Assembly (NCBI GenBank): GCA_002898315.1
Contig: BEHV01000004.1
Coordinates: forward strand, 78,383 to 142,382
Direction: 5' to 3'
Origin: a bacterium HR19
GTDB taxonomy: Bacteria > Calescibacteriota > Calescibacteriia > Calescibacteriales > Calescibacteriaceae
DNA length: 64,000 bases
Positions 50,272-60,108 of the stretch are shown here, piece by piece. The first letter of the stretch is position 1. The number at the start of each line of letters is the position of its first letter. A model generated the notes under the pieces. It was not told the origin of the DNA and did not search any database. It saw only the letters and a program-made list of their open reading frames with translations. The position numbers were made by a program, and so were the translations under genes.

Positions 50272-51837
50272 CTATTTTTTCTCCTCAATTTCCTTTTTCT
50301 CTTGTATTTCTGCGCCTTGATGACTTTGAGTTTCATCATGAGAAGTTTCCTGTGAAATCTGAGATATTTCCTCTTTCACCGCTTCTCTGAATTTTTCTTT
50401 CAGAGTTTGTTTTCCCTCTCTCACTTGTTCAGGTTGAGATAAAAGCGATTCAAGTTCTGATTTCAGGACATCTTCTATTATTTTTTGCCTCCACTTTATA
50501 GATGATTCAAAATATCCCTCTCTCATCTCAATTTTCACATCTCCTCTTTCAACGGTTTTATCTGGTATTATCTCTACATCTTGCGGAATCTGAGCGAATT
50601 TTTTGACGAGCTGAAAATCATCTTCATTCACTCTTACTTTTATTATTTTGAAATCCTTTACTTTTTCAAGAGCATCTTTCAGAACTCTTATTACAAGTTC
50701 TTCATCTTTTATTGCATCTACCATAAGAATTGTTTTGAGAGCAACGAGTGTGAGGTGAAGGACTATTTTCGGGAAGTCATCGGAAAATCTCTCTTTCGCA
50801 TAGTGGAGTTCATCTGAAATTTTTCTCATCATCTCAATAGCGTACCTTCCTTCCGAGATAGATTTTTTATATCCATCTTCATATCCTTTTTCTTTTCCTT
50901 CTTCATAACCTTTTTCAAATCCATGTTTATAACCTTTTTCTTCGGCTTCTTTTTCTATTTCTCTTGAAAGGTCAATACTTCTTGAGACCGCTTCATTTAT
51001 TATTTTTTCTGCTTCTTTATAGGCATTTTCTATTATTTCTTTCGCTTTTCTTTCGGCTTCATCTAATCTTCTTTTCGCTTCAACTTCTGCACGAGAAATT
51101 ATATCTGTTCTTATCTTATCTATAATCTCGTGAATAAAGGGTTTTCTTCCACCTGAAACATCCTCTCTTTGAGGTTCGGGCGATACTTGAAATTTCTCCT
51201 TTTCCTTTGCTTCCATAGAAGAGATTTTACTCTTTTCCTCAGTATCTTTCAATTGAACATCCGACTGACTACCTGAAATCTCTCCATGTGGTACCGAAAT
51301 TCTCAACCTTCTTTTTATATTCTCCTCACCTTCTACTGTTTTAGAGCTACCAGAAAGGAACTCAACTATTTTTCTTTTCTTCCTCTCTTCTGATTCTGAA
51401 AAAATATCTTCAGATTCCTCTTTTTTGTCCAAAACTATCTCTTCCTCAACATATATTTTTTTGTGTTCTGGTTCTTCAAAATATTCCGAATCAAAAATTT
51501 CAAATCCACTCAGTTTCAACTCCTTTTTGTCTTCTTTTGGTTCTTCTATTTCCTCTACTTCTGGGATTTCCGCTTCTGGCTCAATTTCGTAGATAGGTAT
51601 TTCTTCTTCAAATTTTTTTTTGAGCTCCAGCTCCTCTTCGGAAAGCTCTGATATTTTCTCTCTCTCAACCTGCGGGATTTCTAATTGAATTTCTTCTGGC
51701 TCTCCTCCGAATTCGGCTTTCTCTTGGTATTCTTCTTCCTTCCCATATTTTTCCTCTTCTTCAATAAATTTACCAATATCTATTTTTTTTCCTGTTATGA
51801 TCTCATAAAGCGGAATAAATTTTTTCTCTCCTATCAT
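50272..51837 (-). CDS. fliH: FliH/SctL-family flagellar assembly protein, with an unusually long (~330 aa) Glu/Lys-rich N-terminal extension
   Basis: GYKHGFEKGYEEGKEKGYEDGY is the FliH GxxxG repeat. The C-terminus VRVNEDDFQLVKKFAQ...IIPDKTVERGDVKIEMREGYFESSIKWRQKI matches the FliH C-terminal domain. Confidence 0.55.
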   Translation of the reverse strand: MIGEKKFIPLYEIITGKKIDIGKFIEEEEKYGKEEEYQEKAEFGGEPEEIQLEIPQVEREKISELSEEELELKKKFEEEIPIYEIEPEAEIPEVEEIEEPKEDKKELKLSGFEIFDSEYFEEPEHKKIYVEEEIVLDKKEESEDIFSESEERKKRKIVEFLSGSSKTVEGEENIKRRLRISVPHGEISGSQSDVQLKDTEEKSKISSMEAKEKEKFQVSPEPQREDVSGGRKPFIHEIIDKIRTDIISRAEVEAKRRLDEAERKAKEIIENAYKEAEKIINEAVSRSIDLSREIEKEAEEKGYKHGFEKGYEEGKEKGYEDGYKKSISEGRYAIEMMRKISDELHYAKERFSDDFPKIVLHLTLVALKTILMVDAIKDEELVIRVLKDALEKVKDFKIIKVRVNEDDFQLVKKFAQIPQDVEIIPDKTVERGDVKIEMREGYFESSIKWRQKIIEDVLKSELESLLSQPEQVREGKQTLKEKFREAVKEEISQISQETSHDETQSHQGAEIQEKKEIEEKK

Positions 51838-51981
51838 AAAATATATAGATTAATCTTGCAAGCTTAATGTTTCACTTATAGCTAAAATCGTAATTTTGAG
51901 CTTATTTATTTACATTTATCTGACAAGTCCATACAAAATAATTTCAAGAGCAAAGAAACATTAAGAGTTTTTAATTTTTTT

Positions 51982-52803
51982 ATGATGAGGAAGGCGATCT
52001 TCCAGAGCGCTTTTTTGACGGGAATTCCTGTGCTCGGATTCGCACTCTTTTCAAAGACAGCCGACCTGAAGGAATTTGCAATTTTCATCAGTGCATCCTT
52101 TTTATGCGCAATCTCTGTGTCTTTCCTTAACCTATTTTTTGAGAGCAGGAGGAAGATTTTTCTGGCATGCAGTTTAATATCCATCGCAACGAGCCTGATT
52201 TTATCGGGACTTAAAGCTGGCTTATCGTTCAACTCCTTCTTTATTTTCATCACATATTGTATATGGGTATTCTATTATCTCGCAAGGAGAGGCATAGAGT
52301 TTGCAGATATACCTTTGCATTTTTTTGGCGGATTTTTGATATTCTGGCTGGGAGCACTCTGGAACAACAACGAAATTCAAAAAATAATCAATCTCCTATC
52401 TGAAAAAAAGCTGATTTTATCATCGCTTTTTATATCCTTCGCTTTTCAAGGCGGATACATAATAGACCTAATTCAAGACATAGAAGAAGACAGAAAGTCA
52501 GGACAGAAAAACATAGTTGAGAAAATAGGAAAAAGGAGAGCAATTTTTATCTCACAAATCCTTTTTACTCTATCTTACCTCTGTGCGATGAATCTCGCAA
52601 AAAATGTTGAAATAAAGATGCTGATGAGTGTGTTCATGATAGCGCAAAACTTTATTGTTCTCGTGAAAAGAGAAAGCATAGAAAAAGAAGATGGATTAAA
52701 AAAATACAGAGCTTTTTACAGAGCAGTATTTTCTGTAGCATCAGCGCTAATTTTAGCTTCACATCAAACTGATTTTTTTCTGAAATTTTTGAGGCAGGTC
52801 TGA
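51982..52803 (+). CDS. UbiA-family prenyltransferase-like membrane protein
   Basis: About 8 TM helices. The Asp-rich motif DLIQDIEEDRKSGQKN resembles the second UbiA motif. The first motif is not clear. Confidence 0.45.
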   Translation: MMRKAIFQSAFLTGIPVLGFALFSKTADLKEFAIFISASFLCAISVSFLNLFFESRRKIFLACSLISIATSLILSGLKAGLSFNSFFIFITYCIWVFYYLARRGIEFADIPLHFFGGFLIFWLGALWNNNEIQKIINLLSEKKLILSSLFISFAFQGGYIIDLIQDIEEDRKSGQKNIVEKIGKRRAIFISQILFTLSYLCAMNLAKNVEIKMLMSVFMIAQNFIVLVKRESIEKEDGLKKYRAFYRAVFSVASALILASHQTDFFLKFLRQV

Positions 52804-53300
52804 CAGAAATCTTTTGTTTTCCTATCAACATCAAAAACAGAATTTGAAAAGCTCATAACACATAGGGGGTTATTGCAATGCAAAAGCCCAAAAACGTGAC
52901 CTATCTCATGGGTAATTTCTTTTTCAATCCTTGAAAAGTATAAAACTTCATCTTGCGGGAATCCGTAAAATACAGGGTCAAGGCGCAAAAGAGAAACAAG
53001 AGCTAAAAGAGATGTAGGAGAAGCTAAACCGAAAACAAAGTTCAAATCCCCAAAGTAAATATCTTCTTTCGTTATCCCAAGAGCTACTTCACTTTTTTTG
53101 AGTTGTGATAGATAAGATAAAATTAGACCAGCGTTGAACTGCTTTCTTGAAGGAGAGAATGCATTAGATGGTATTTTCAGATAACCTCTTTCAAAAATAG
53201 AAAATCCAAGGTTTTCTAATAGGTTCAAAACGAAATCTTTCTCTCTTACGAAGTTTTTCTCGGTAGAAAAGAGGAAGAAAAGATCAACTGCTCTTGACAT
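52764..53300 (-). CDS. archaemetzincin-like zinc metallopeptidase
   Basis: HEIGHVFGLLHCNNPLCVMSF...CQTC is the HExxHxxGxxH plus Cys4 pattern of archaemetzincins. Confidence 0.75.
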   Translation of the reverse strand: MSRAVDLFFLFSTEKNFVREKDFVLNLLENLGFSIFERGYLKIPSNAFSPSRKQFNAGLILSYLSQLKKSEVALGITKEDIYFGDLNFVFGLASPTSLLALVSLLRLDPVFYGFPQDEVLYFSRIEKEITHEIGHVFGLLHCNNPLCVMSFSNSVFDVDRKTKDFCQTCLKNFRKKSV

Positions 53301-53346
53301 ATTAAGATTAATTTTAATGAGGTTGATCTTTTTGCTCTTTCTGGTG

Positions 53347-54190
53347 TTAAATTTCAGAGAATTCAGCTCTTTTCTTCACGAGCCGTCCGTTTTGATAATC
53401 TTCAATAGCTTGAATTATTTCTTCTTTTGTGTTCATAACAAACGGTCCCCATCTCGCAACTGGCTCACGCAAAGGTTCAGCACTTGCCAAAAGAAGATGC
53501 GAATCAGAATGAGCAAATATCCAGAGATAATTTCCCGAAAAAACCACAATATGTCCATCAGATACCTTGACCTTATCTGGAATAAACTCTATCAGACCTT
53601 CTGAAACAACTACGAATGAGTTATTTTCTGCTGGGAGCGATAACTTCAGCTCGGCACCTTCCTTAATCTCAATATGTTTATATATAACCTTGTAGTATCC
53701 ATGCTCTTCCATCGGCTCACCAACAAGATTTATTATTTTCAATCCTTTAAGTCCATCTTCAAGTTCAACAGAGGACTTGAAATTGAAGTAAAAAGGGTCT
53801 GACATTTTGAACTTTTTAGGAGAGTTAAGCCATAGCTGATAACCCCACAAAAAACCTTCCTTCATAGCAGGCATCTCAGAATGTACAACCCCGCTTCCAG
53901 CGTTCATCCATTGGAGAGAATTAGAAGAAAGCATGAGAACCTGTGCTATCTTTATGTTCAAAGGTTCCGGAAATCATATATGTGAGGGTTTGAAAACCTC
54001 TGTGAGGATGAGGTGGGAAGCCAGCGGACCAATCCCTCTCATCTCTGCTTTTGAACTCGTCTAAAAGCAAAAATGGGTCAAGGTAGTTCAGTATATGGGT
54101 TCCGATGTACCTTTTTAGCTTTACTCCTGCTCCATCTACAACTTCAATTCCGGGAAGGATGAGTTTTATCTTCACAAATTCAAGCATCAT
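53347..54190 (-). pseudogene. pirin-family protein split by a +1 frameshift near 53930-53945
   Basis: The upstream ORF reads [33 protein letters not shown]. The next frame continues [19 protein letters not shown]...GYQLWLNSPKKFKM, which are the pirin blocks. The junction lies in a ttcttct run. Confidence 0.7.
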
Positions 54191-54338
54191 AAATAAAAAC
54201 TAATTCTTTTTGAGCAACCTATCTGTTAGATATATCACACAAAAATAAAAATTTTTAATTTAATAAGTTTAAGAATTCCTTTCAACCCTCATTTGATTTG
54301 AGTTAAAGAAGACAAGTCTTTTGGACCGAAAAACGCAC

Positions 54339-54977
54339 CTATCTTTTATTTTTCTCAATTTTGATTAGCTTTAGTTTTTTTGGTTCCTCTGCGGTCATCA
54401 CTTCTCCTGAAACCTTGAATAGAATTAACCCTTTTCTTTTTGCGTATTTTTCTACTCCCTCACCAAAGCTTATTCCTGCTATCGCTCCGCAAAGGGTATA
54501 ACCCGGAAAATCCTCTCCCATAAAATACTCAAAGTTCTTCATGTCTTCTAAAAGGTCATCTACATCTCGGGATTTCGCATACGTTTTTGCAGATACAAGA
54601 AGAATAAATTTTTTGTCACGGGATACAACCAGAGTATCGTATTCAGCGTTCTTACCATTCTTTGAGACCTTGGTACGGGGGTGAACTCTAACATCTGAAA
54701 ACCCCTTTTTTCTCATGAACTCTTCGGCAGACGGGGAGACCATTCCTTCAACGAACCTTCCCCAGCTATCTGTGATTTTATTTACTTTCTCATCACTTTT
54801 TCTCAGCTGCTCGTCTGTTTTTCTCAATTGTTCATCTGTTTTTTTCTGCGATTCCCGCAGTTCTCTTATCTGCTCGGTTGTTTCCTTCTGAAATTCTCGC
54901 AGTTGCCTTATTTCAACAGCAATTTTTTCCACCAACCTCTCAACTCTTGATAACCTGTCATTTTTTCTTGAAGGCAT
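54339..54977 (-). CDS. hypothetical protein: N-terminal coiled-coil with TDEQLRK repeats, plus a C-terminal alpha/beta domain that may be nuclease-like
   Basis: No motif-level match to a family I can name. It contains a short tandem DNA repeat in the coiled-coil region. Confidence 0.35.
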   Translation of the reverse strand: MPSRKNDRLSRVERLVEKIAVEIRQLREFQKETTEQIRELRESQKKTDEQLRKTDEQLRKSDEKVNKITDSWGRFVEGMVSPSAEEFMRKKGFSDVRVHPRTKVSKNGKNAEYDTLVVSRDKKFILLVSAKTYAKSRDVDDLLEDMKNFEYFMGEDFPGYTLCGAIAGISFGEGVEKYAKRKGLILFKVSGEVMTAEEPKKLKLIKIEKNKR

Positions 54978-55125
54978 AGAGTAATTTTAATCTTTTGCAA
55001 TGATAGAATACAAAAACTTGGCTTTATTGTATTAGCTTGGGCGATAGCAATTGCAGTTTCACAGATAGTTTTTGGATTTTTGAAATTTTATGTTCAAAGC
55101 GTACTACTGAGAAAAAATTATAGTG

Positions 55126-56538
55126 TTAGTGGAGGCGTGAGACAGTTCCTCTCAAAGAGTTGAGAACCTCCTGCAACCCCTGCTTAGCATCAGAAAAAAG
55201 CATAAGAGTGTTCTCCTTTATAAATAGCGGGTTTGGAACTCCGGCAAATCCCGGAGCTAAACTTCTTTTTATCACGACAACGGTTTTAGCTCTATCTACA
55301 TCTAAAATAGGCATACCGGCAATTGGGCTATTTTTATCTTCACGAGCAAGAGGATTAACGACATCATTTGCACCAACGACAATTGCAACATCTGCCTCAG
55401 GAAAAAGGTTATTAGATGGCTCAAGCTCAAGAAGATCATCGTAAGGGATTCCGGCTTCGGCAAGCAGAACATTCATATGCCCTGGCATTCTTCCGGCAAC
55501 AGGATGGATAGCAAACTTAACATCTACACCTTTTGATTTGAGATATTTTGCGAGCTCTCCCAAAACATGCTGAGCTTGTGATACCGCAAGACCGTATCCC
55601 GGAACTATCATAACAAGTCGGGCGTTTTCAAGCAGATATGCGACTTCTTCGGGAGTCGTGGACTTTATCTTTCCTGCGTAAAATTCATCTTGCTTTTGTT
55701 TCAGCTCTTCTGATATTGCACCAAAGGCACCAAAAAGAACATTGCCAAATGACCTGTTCATAGCTCTGCTCATCAAAATCGCAAGAATAAATCCTGAACC
55801 ACCATCAAGAGCACCCGCTATGATAAGGATGTTATTTTCAAGGACAAAACCAGTAGCTGACGCAGCAAGTCCAGCATAAGAGTTGAGAAGACAAATGACA
55901 ACAGGCATATCTGCACCACCAATAGGGAGAACTATAAGAATCCCAACGAGAAAACAGAGAAGAACCATAGCATAGAAAAGATGAGAAGCAGATGGGTTGA
56001 AGATAAGGTATATCCATATAAACAAAGTTGTGAAAAACAGGAGGATGTTTGATTGGTTCTGGAAGCGATATGTTATAGGTCTTGAGGGTATGAGTTCTGC
56101 AAGCTTTCCGAAAGCCATAAGACTTCCGGTGAAAGTTATTGAGCCGAAGAGGACTTCAAAACCTATTGCGGCAATCTTGACATTTCCCATCTCAGCTCCG
56201 TGCCTGTAATACTCAGATATACCGACAAGCGAAGCGGCAAGACCTCCGAAAGAGTGAGAGAGAGCGATTCGCTCGGGCATACGAGTCATGGGCATAAAAA
56301 TAGCAATAAGCAATCCAATCGTACCACCGATTATAAATCCGATAATTATCCATTCATAGCTTACGATTTCTTTTCTGAGGAGAGTTCCAACAACTGCAAG
56401 GACCATTCCTGCTGCTGCGATGAAATTTCCCTGTCTCGCAGTGCGCGGGTCTGTCATCCCTTTTATTCCGAGAATGAAAAAAACAGCAGATAGAAAGTAA
56501 ATAAAGTTCAGCCAGTTCATAAATGGCTCCACCTCCAT
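55126..56538 (-). CDS. pntB: NAD(P) transhydrogenase subunit beta
   Basis: N-terminal TM domain. C-terminal dIII domain with VVGANDVVNP and GMPILDV. Confidence 0.9.
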   Translation of the reverse strand: MEVEPFMNWLNFIYFLSAVFFILGIKGMTDPRTARQGNFIAAAGMVLAVVGTLLRKEIVSYEWIIIGFIIGGTIGLLIAIFMPMTRMPERIALSHSFGGLAASLVGISEYYRHGAEMGNVKIAAIGFEVLFGSITFTGSLMAFGKLAELIPSRPITYRFQNQSNILLFFTTLFIWIYLIFNPSASHLFYAMVLLCFLVGILIVLPIGGADMPVVICLLNSYAGLAASATGFVLENNILIIAGALDGGSGFILAILMSRAMNRSFGNVLFGAFGAISEELKQKQDEFYAGKIKSTTPEEVAYLLENARLVMIVPGYGLAVSQAQHVLGELAKYLKSKGVDVKFAIHPVAGRMPGHMNVLLAEAGIPYDDLLELEPSNNLFPEADVAIVVGANDVVNPLAREDKNSPIAGMPILDVDRAKTVVVIKRSLAPGFAGVPNPLFIKENTLMLFSDAKQGLQEVLNSLRGTVSRLH

Positions 56539-56542
56539 CTTT

Positions 56543-56845
56543 TTATCTAATACCTCTTCCTCTGAACATCCTCAGCATACGCTCTGTTATGGCATACCCT
56601 CCAAAGAGGTTTATAGATGCGGCAATAACTGCTATAAAACCTAATGCGGTTGTGAATTTATCGTGTTTCATTCCCGCAACTAAGATCGCTCCAACGACAG
56701 AAATAGATGATATAGCATTAGTAAGGGACATAAGAGGAGTATGGAGAAGTGGAGGAACTCTTGTTATAAGATGATAGCCCAAAAATGCCGAAAGAGTAAA
56801 AATATACAAGCCCACCATAATATTGCCAATAGGAAGATTTTCCAT
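56543..56845 (-). CDS. pntA: NAD(P) transhydrogenase subunit alpha part 2 (membrane dII fragment)
   Basis: 100 aa, 3 TM helices, similar to PntAB. It sits immediately upstream of pntB. Confidence 0.75.
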   Translation of the reverse strand: MENLPIGNIMVGLYIFTLSAFLGYHLITRVPPLLHTPLMSLTNAISSISVVGAILVAGMKHDKFTTALGFIAVIAASINLFGGYAITERMLRMFRGRGIR

Positions 56846-56950
56846 GAGTTTTCCCTCCTTTGAAGAAAATAAGGTTAAGATTTAGTTTAAATATCAGCGA
56901 TTCCGAAAAGATAAATTCAAAAATTTCAAATCGTGAGATTTATCAAAAAA

Positions 56951-57751
56951 TCAAGTTTTAGAAGATTGAGAAGATTGAGCAGTAGAAGATGAAGTATCTT
57001 TTTTTGGCAATTCAAGGAATCTGAGGAGCTCTATTGGGAGAGGTAGGATAAGGGTAGCGGTTTTTTCTGTGGCGAGTTCAGATACGGTCTGCAAGAACCT
57101 GAGCTGAACGGTTATAGGATTTTGTGCGAGCATATCAGCAGCTTCTTTTAATTTTTGAGCAGCTTGAAATTCTGCTTCGGCGAGGGTTATTTTAGCTCTT
57201 CTTTCTCTTTCAGCTTCTGCTTGCCTTGCCATAGCTCTCTGCATCTCCTGCGGAAGGTCTATATGTTTCACTTCAACCGCTGAAATTTTTATTCCCCATG
57301 GCTCGGTCATTCGGTCAAGTATAGATTGAACTTTCATGTTGATTTTTTCTCTGTGTGCTAAAATCTCGTCAAGTTCTGCTTCTCCACATACGGACCTCAG
57401 AGTGGTTTGTGCAAGCTGGCTTGTAGCGTATATGTAATTTTCAATAGAAACTATGGCTTTGGCTGGGTCCACAACTCTGAAATACACAACAGCATTTATC
57501 TTGACCGAGACATTGTCTTTGGTTATGACATCTTGCGCAGGAATATCCATAGTTATTATACGAAGTGATACCTTGACAAGTCTATCTATTATTGGTATTA
57601 TGAATACAAGTCCGGGTCCTTTGACACCCACAAGCCGTCCCAACCTGAAAACAACTCCTCTTTCGTATTCTTGCAGTATCTTTATTGCAGAAGACAGAAT
57701 GAATATTGCTATTATTACTATTGGCAGCCAGAAAGATAGGTTTTGAAACAT
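56951..57751 (-). CDS. SPFH/band-7 (stomatin-like) protein
   Basis: [34 protein letters not shown]...[23 protein letters not shown]. Confidence 0.85.
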   Translation of the reverse strand: MFQNLSFWLPIVIIAIFILSSAIKILQEYERGVVFRLGRLVGVKGPGLVFIIPIIDRLVKVSLRIITMDIPAQDVITKDNVSVKINAVVYFRVVDPAKAIVSIENYIYATSQLAQTTLRSVCGEAELDEILAHREKINMKVQSILDRMTEPWGIKISAVEVKHIDLPQEMQRAMARQAEAERERRAKITLAEAEFQAAQKLKEAADMLAQNPITVQLRFLQTVSELATEKTATLILPLPIELLRFLELPKKDTSSSTAQSSQSSKT

Positions 57752-57760
57752 TTTTGAGAG

Positions 57761-57833
57761 TAGGCCGTGCGGGATTCGAACCCGCGACCCCTGGCTTAAA
57801 AGGCCAGTGCTCTTCCGCCTGAGCTAACGGCCT
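57761..57833 (-). tRNA. tRNA-Lys (anticodon TTT)
   Basis: Sense strand AGGCCGT-TA-GCTC-AGGCGGAA-GAGC-A-CTGGC-CTTTTAA-GCCAG-GGGTC-GCGGG-TTCGAAT-CCCGC-ACGGCCT-A. 73 nt. Confidence 0.85.
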
Positions 57834-57913
57834 AACTATTCCAAACAAATTTTTATCCCATCAGAAAGCAAATCTGAAATTTTCAGGAAAAAAGTCAAAA
57901 AATTCATTCAGAA

Positions 57914-58867
57914 TCAGGATTGAGCTTCTTTCAGGACATCCTGCATAACTTCCATCATATTCTCCTTTGGAGGTGCTTCTGCAAGCATTGACCTTACGAC
58001 CGAATCAAGCTCTTCTGGGTTCCAGTACTCTTTTTTGTCTTTTTTGCGTTTTGAAACAGACCTCCAACCACCCATAAGCCAAATCATGTTTCCAACTATT
58101 CTGAAAACCTGACCGGTAATTCCAGCCGACTTATCTGATGCAAGATAGACAACAAGTGGAGCAATTGATTTTGGATTGAGGACATCAAAAGGAGCATTAG
58201 CAACCGATTCAAATATAGCAGCAAGCTGAGGGGTCGCATCTGTTGTAAGGCGTGTTCTCGCAACGGGAGCTATCGCGTTAACGGTGACTCCGTACTTTGC
58301 CATCTCTTCTGCAACTATTATAGTAAAAGCAGCTATTCCAGCTTTTGCCGCTCCGTAGTTTGACTGCCCTATATTACCCAAAAGACCCGCATCTGATGTT
58401 GTGTTTATTATTCTGCCTGAAACAGGTTTTCCGGCTTTTGCTTGATTCCTCCACCAAACACACGCATGATGTGTGCAGTTAAAAGTCCCTTTGAGGTGGA
58501 CAGAAATAACTTTATCCCAGTCCTCCTCGGTCATGTTGAAAATCATTTTATCTCTGAGAATTCCCGCGTTATTGACGAGTATATCAATTTTACCGAATTT
58601 ATCTATTGCGGTTTGAATTATTCTCCTTGCACCTTCAAAGTCATCAACGAAGTCATAGTTTGCAACTGCTTCTCCTCCGAGTTTTTTAATCTCTTCAACA
58701 ACCTCATCTGCTACTTTCGTCTCTTTTCCCTCTCCCGAGTAGCTGACTCCCGGGTCGTTGACAACAACTTTTGCACCGTGGAGAGCAAAAGCGATAGCTT
58801 CTTCTCTGCCTATTCCTCTACCAGCTCCTGTGATCACTGCAACTTTCCCTTCAAGAAGTTTTGCCAT
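57914..58867 (-). CDS. SDR-family oxidoreductase (3-hydroxyacyl-CoA dehydrogenase / MFE-2-type)
   Basis: GKVAVITGAGRGIGREEAIAFALHGAKVVVND...NNAGILRD...S..YGAAKAG. Confidence 0.85.
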   Translation of the reverse strand: MAKLLEGKVAVITGAGRGIGREEAIAFALHGAKVVVNDPGVSYSGEGKETKVADEVVEEIKKLGGEAVANYDFVDDFEGARRIIQTAIDKFGKIDILVNNAGILRDKMIFNMTEEDWDKVISVHLKGTFNCTHHACVWWRNQAKAGKPVSGRIINTTSDAGLLGNIGQSNYGAAKAGIAAFTIIVAEEMAKYGVTVNAIAPVARTRLTTDATPQLAAIFESVANAPFDVLNPKSIAPLVVYLASDKSAGITGQVFRIVGNMIWLMGGWRSVSKRKKDKKEYWNPEELDSVVRSMLAEAPPKENMMEVMQDVLKEAQS

Positions 58868-58993
58868 TTCTCTTACCTCCTTTGTTATTTATGAGATTTC
58901 TTCACTATATATTTTTCCTGTTATAGCTCAAAAAAATTTTTTTCCACTTTTTTCTGATTTTTTATTTTATTTTTTCATCTCCGATTTTCTGCT

Positions 58994-60066
58994 TTGCGAA
59001 GAATGTTGTTAAATATAATGCTTTACCAAGACCGCAAACTTTCAATCAAATTTTTCCCTCCATCAATACTACAAGATGCAAAGAAATTTGATATAGCGGT
59101 AGCATATATTAATTCAGGGGGACTGAACGAAATATATGAGGAAATTGGCAAAGCTCTTGAAAGCGGAGCCAAAATAAGACTACTAACCCAAATACGAGAT
59201 GCTTTCAACGACCCGAAAACCCTGAGAAAACTGCTTGATTTACAGCATAAAAGCAACGGAAAATTTGAGATAAGAATATCTACACTTCGTCATTTTCACC
59301 CGAAGATGTATCTTTTTGAAGGTGAGAAAGAGAAAATCGCATTTATCGGTTCATCTAATTTTACAGGGGAGGGATTAACAGAACATGCAGAGATGAACCT
59401 CAAATTAAGAGGAGAAGAAAGAATATTTACGAAACTCAAAAACTTATTGAAGAGTATTGGAGAGATTCGGTAGAACTTGACAAATCACTTCTTACTAAAT
59501 ACACAAAACTATATCAACTCAAAAACCGCAAGATGAAAAATGATAAACAGCTTAACGCTCTCGCAAGAGAAATATCAAAGATGATAAGGAAAAGAACTTC
59601 GGATAGAAGACAAGGGACAAGAGTTCAAGGACGAAAAACCGCTTCTTCTACTCGTAAAGCATATATAACATATGTTAATTTCTTCCTTTCCAAAAGAACT
59701 ACAAAACTCATTGAATCAAAATATAGATGGAAGGATTTTTTGGCCCAGGTGAAAAGAAGTGGTTTGATAAATACAAAAAAAGGAGATATTTTATTTTTGG
59801 CGGATTATTAGAGCTGATAAACCAAATTATCTTGAAGTCCACGAAGTTGGAGATAAAAGAGAGATAAATACACCTGAGGGACGATATTTTGTTGAACTCA
59901 GACCTTACCCGGGAGCGAAAAATCTAAAAAAATAACTAAAAACCTCATTCAAAAGTTAAAAGAGTATGGCATTATTCCCAAGACGAAAAAGAGCTTGATA
60001 ATTGATAAAGAACTAAAAGAAAAAGAAGTAGCCCTGCTTCTCAAAATATTGAAAGGGCAATCGTAG
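58994..60066 (+). pseudogene. phospholipase-D (HKD) nuclease-superfamily gene, apparently broken by several frameshifts. The PLD domain is intact (58994-59473). Continuations in other frames run 59359-59811, 59813-59935 and 59938-60066.
   Basis: HKD motif HPKMYLFEGEKEKIAFIGSSNFTGEGL. Downstream are three consecutive coding-like stop-free segments in different frames, for example ADKPNYLEVHEVGDKREINTPEGRYFVELRPYPGAKNLKK and KNLIQKLKEYGIIPKTKKSLIIDKELKEKEVALLLKILKGQS. Confidence 0.5.
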
Positions 60067-60108
60067 CTTAACTAATAAGTATCTTTCACTCCGTCTCAGC
60101 CAAAGATA

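Noticed and set aside
54191-54338. Possible small RNA or terminator in the AT-rich spacer between the pirin start and the upstream gene
   Set aside because: The only hairpin-like element (aagac-tt-gtctt) has a 2-nt loop and is not credible. The region looks like an ordinary AT-rich promoter spacer.
57582-57848. 88-aa minus-strand ORF
   Set aside because: It reads through tRNA-Lys(TTT), which is clearly the real feature here.
58442-59012. Plus-strand ORFs at 58442-58894 and 58758-59012
   Set aside because: They are antisense to the SDR gene or span the intergenic region, with low-complexity translation.
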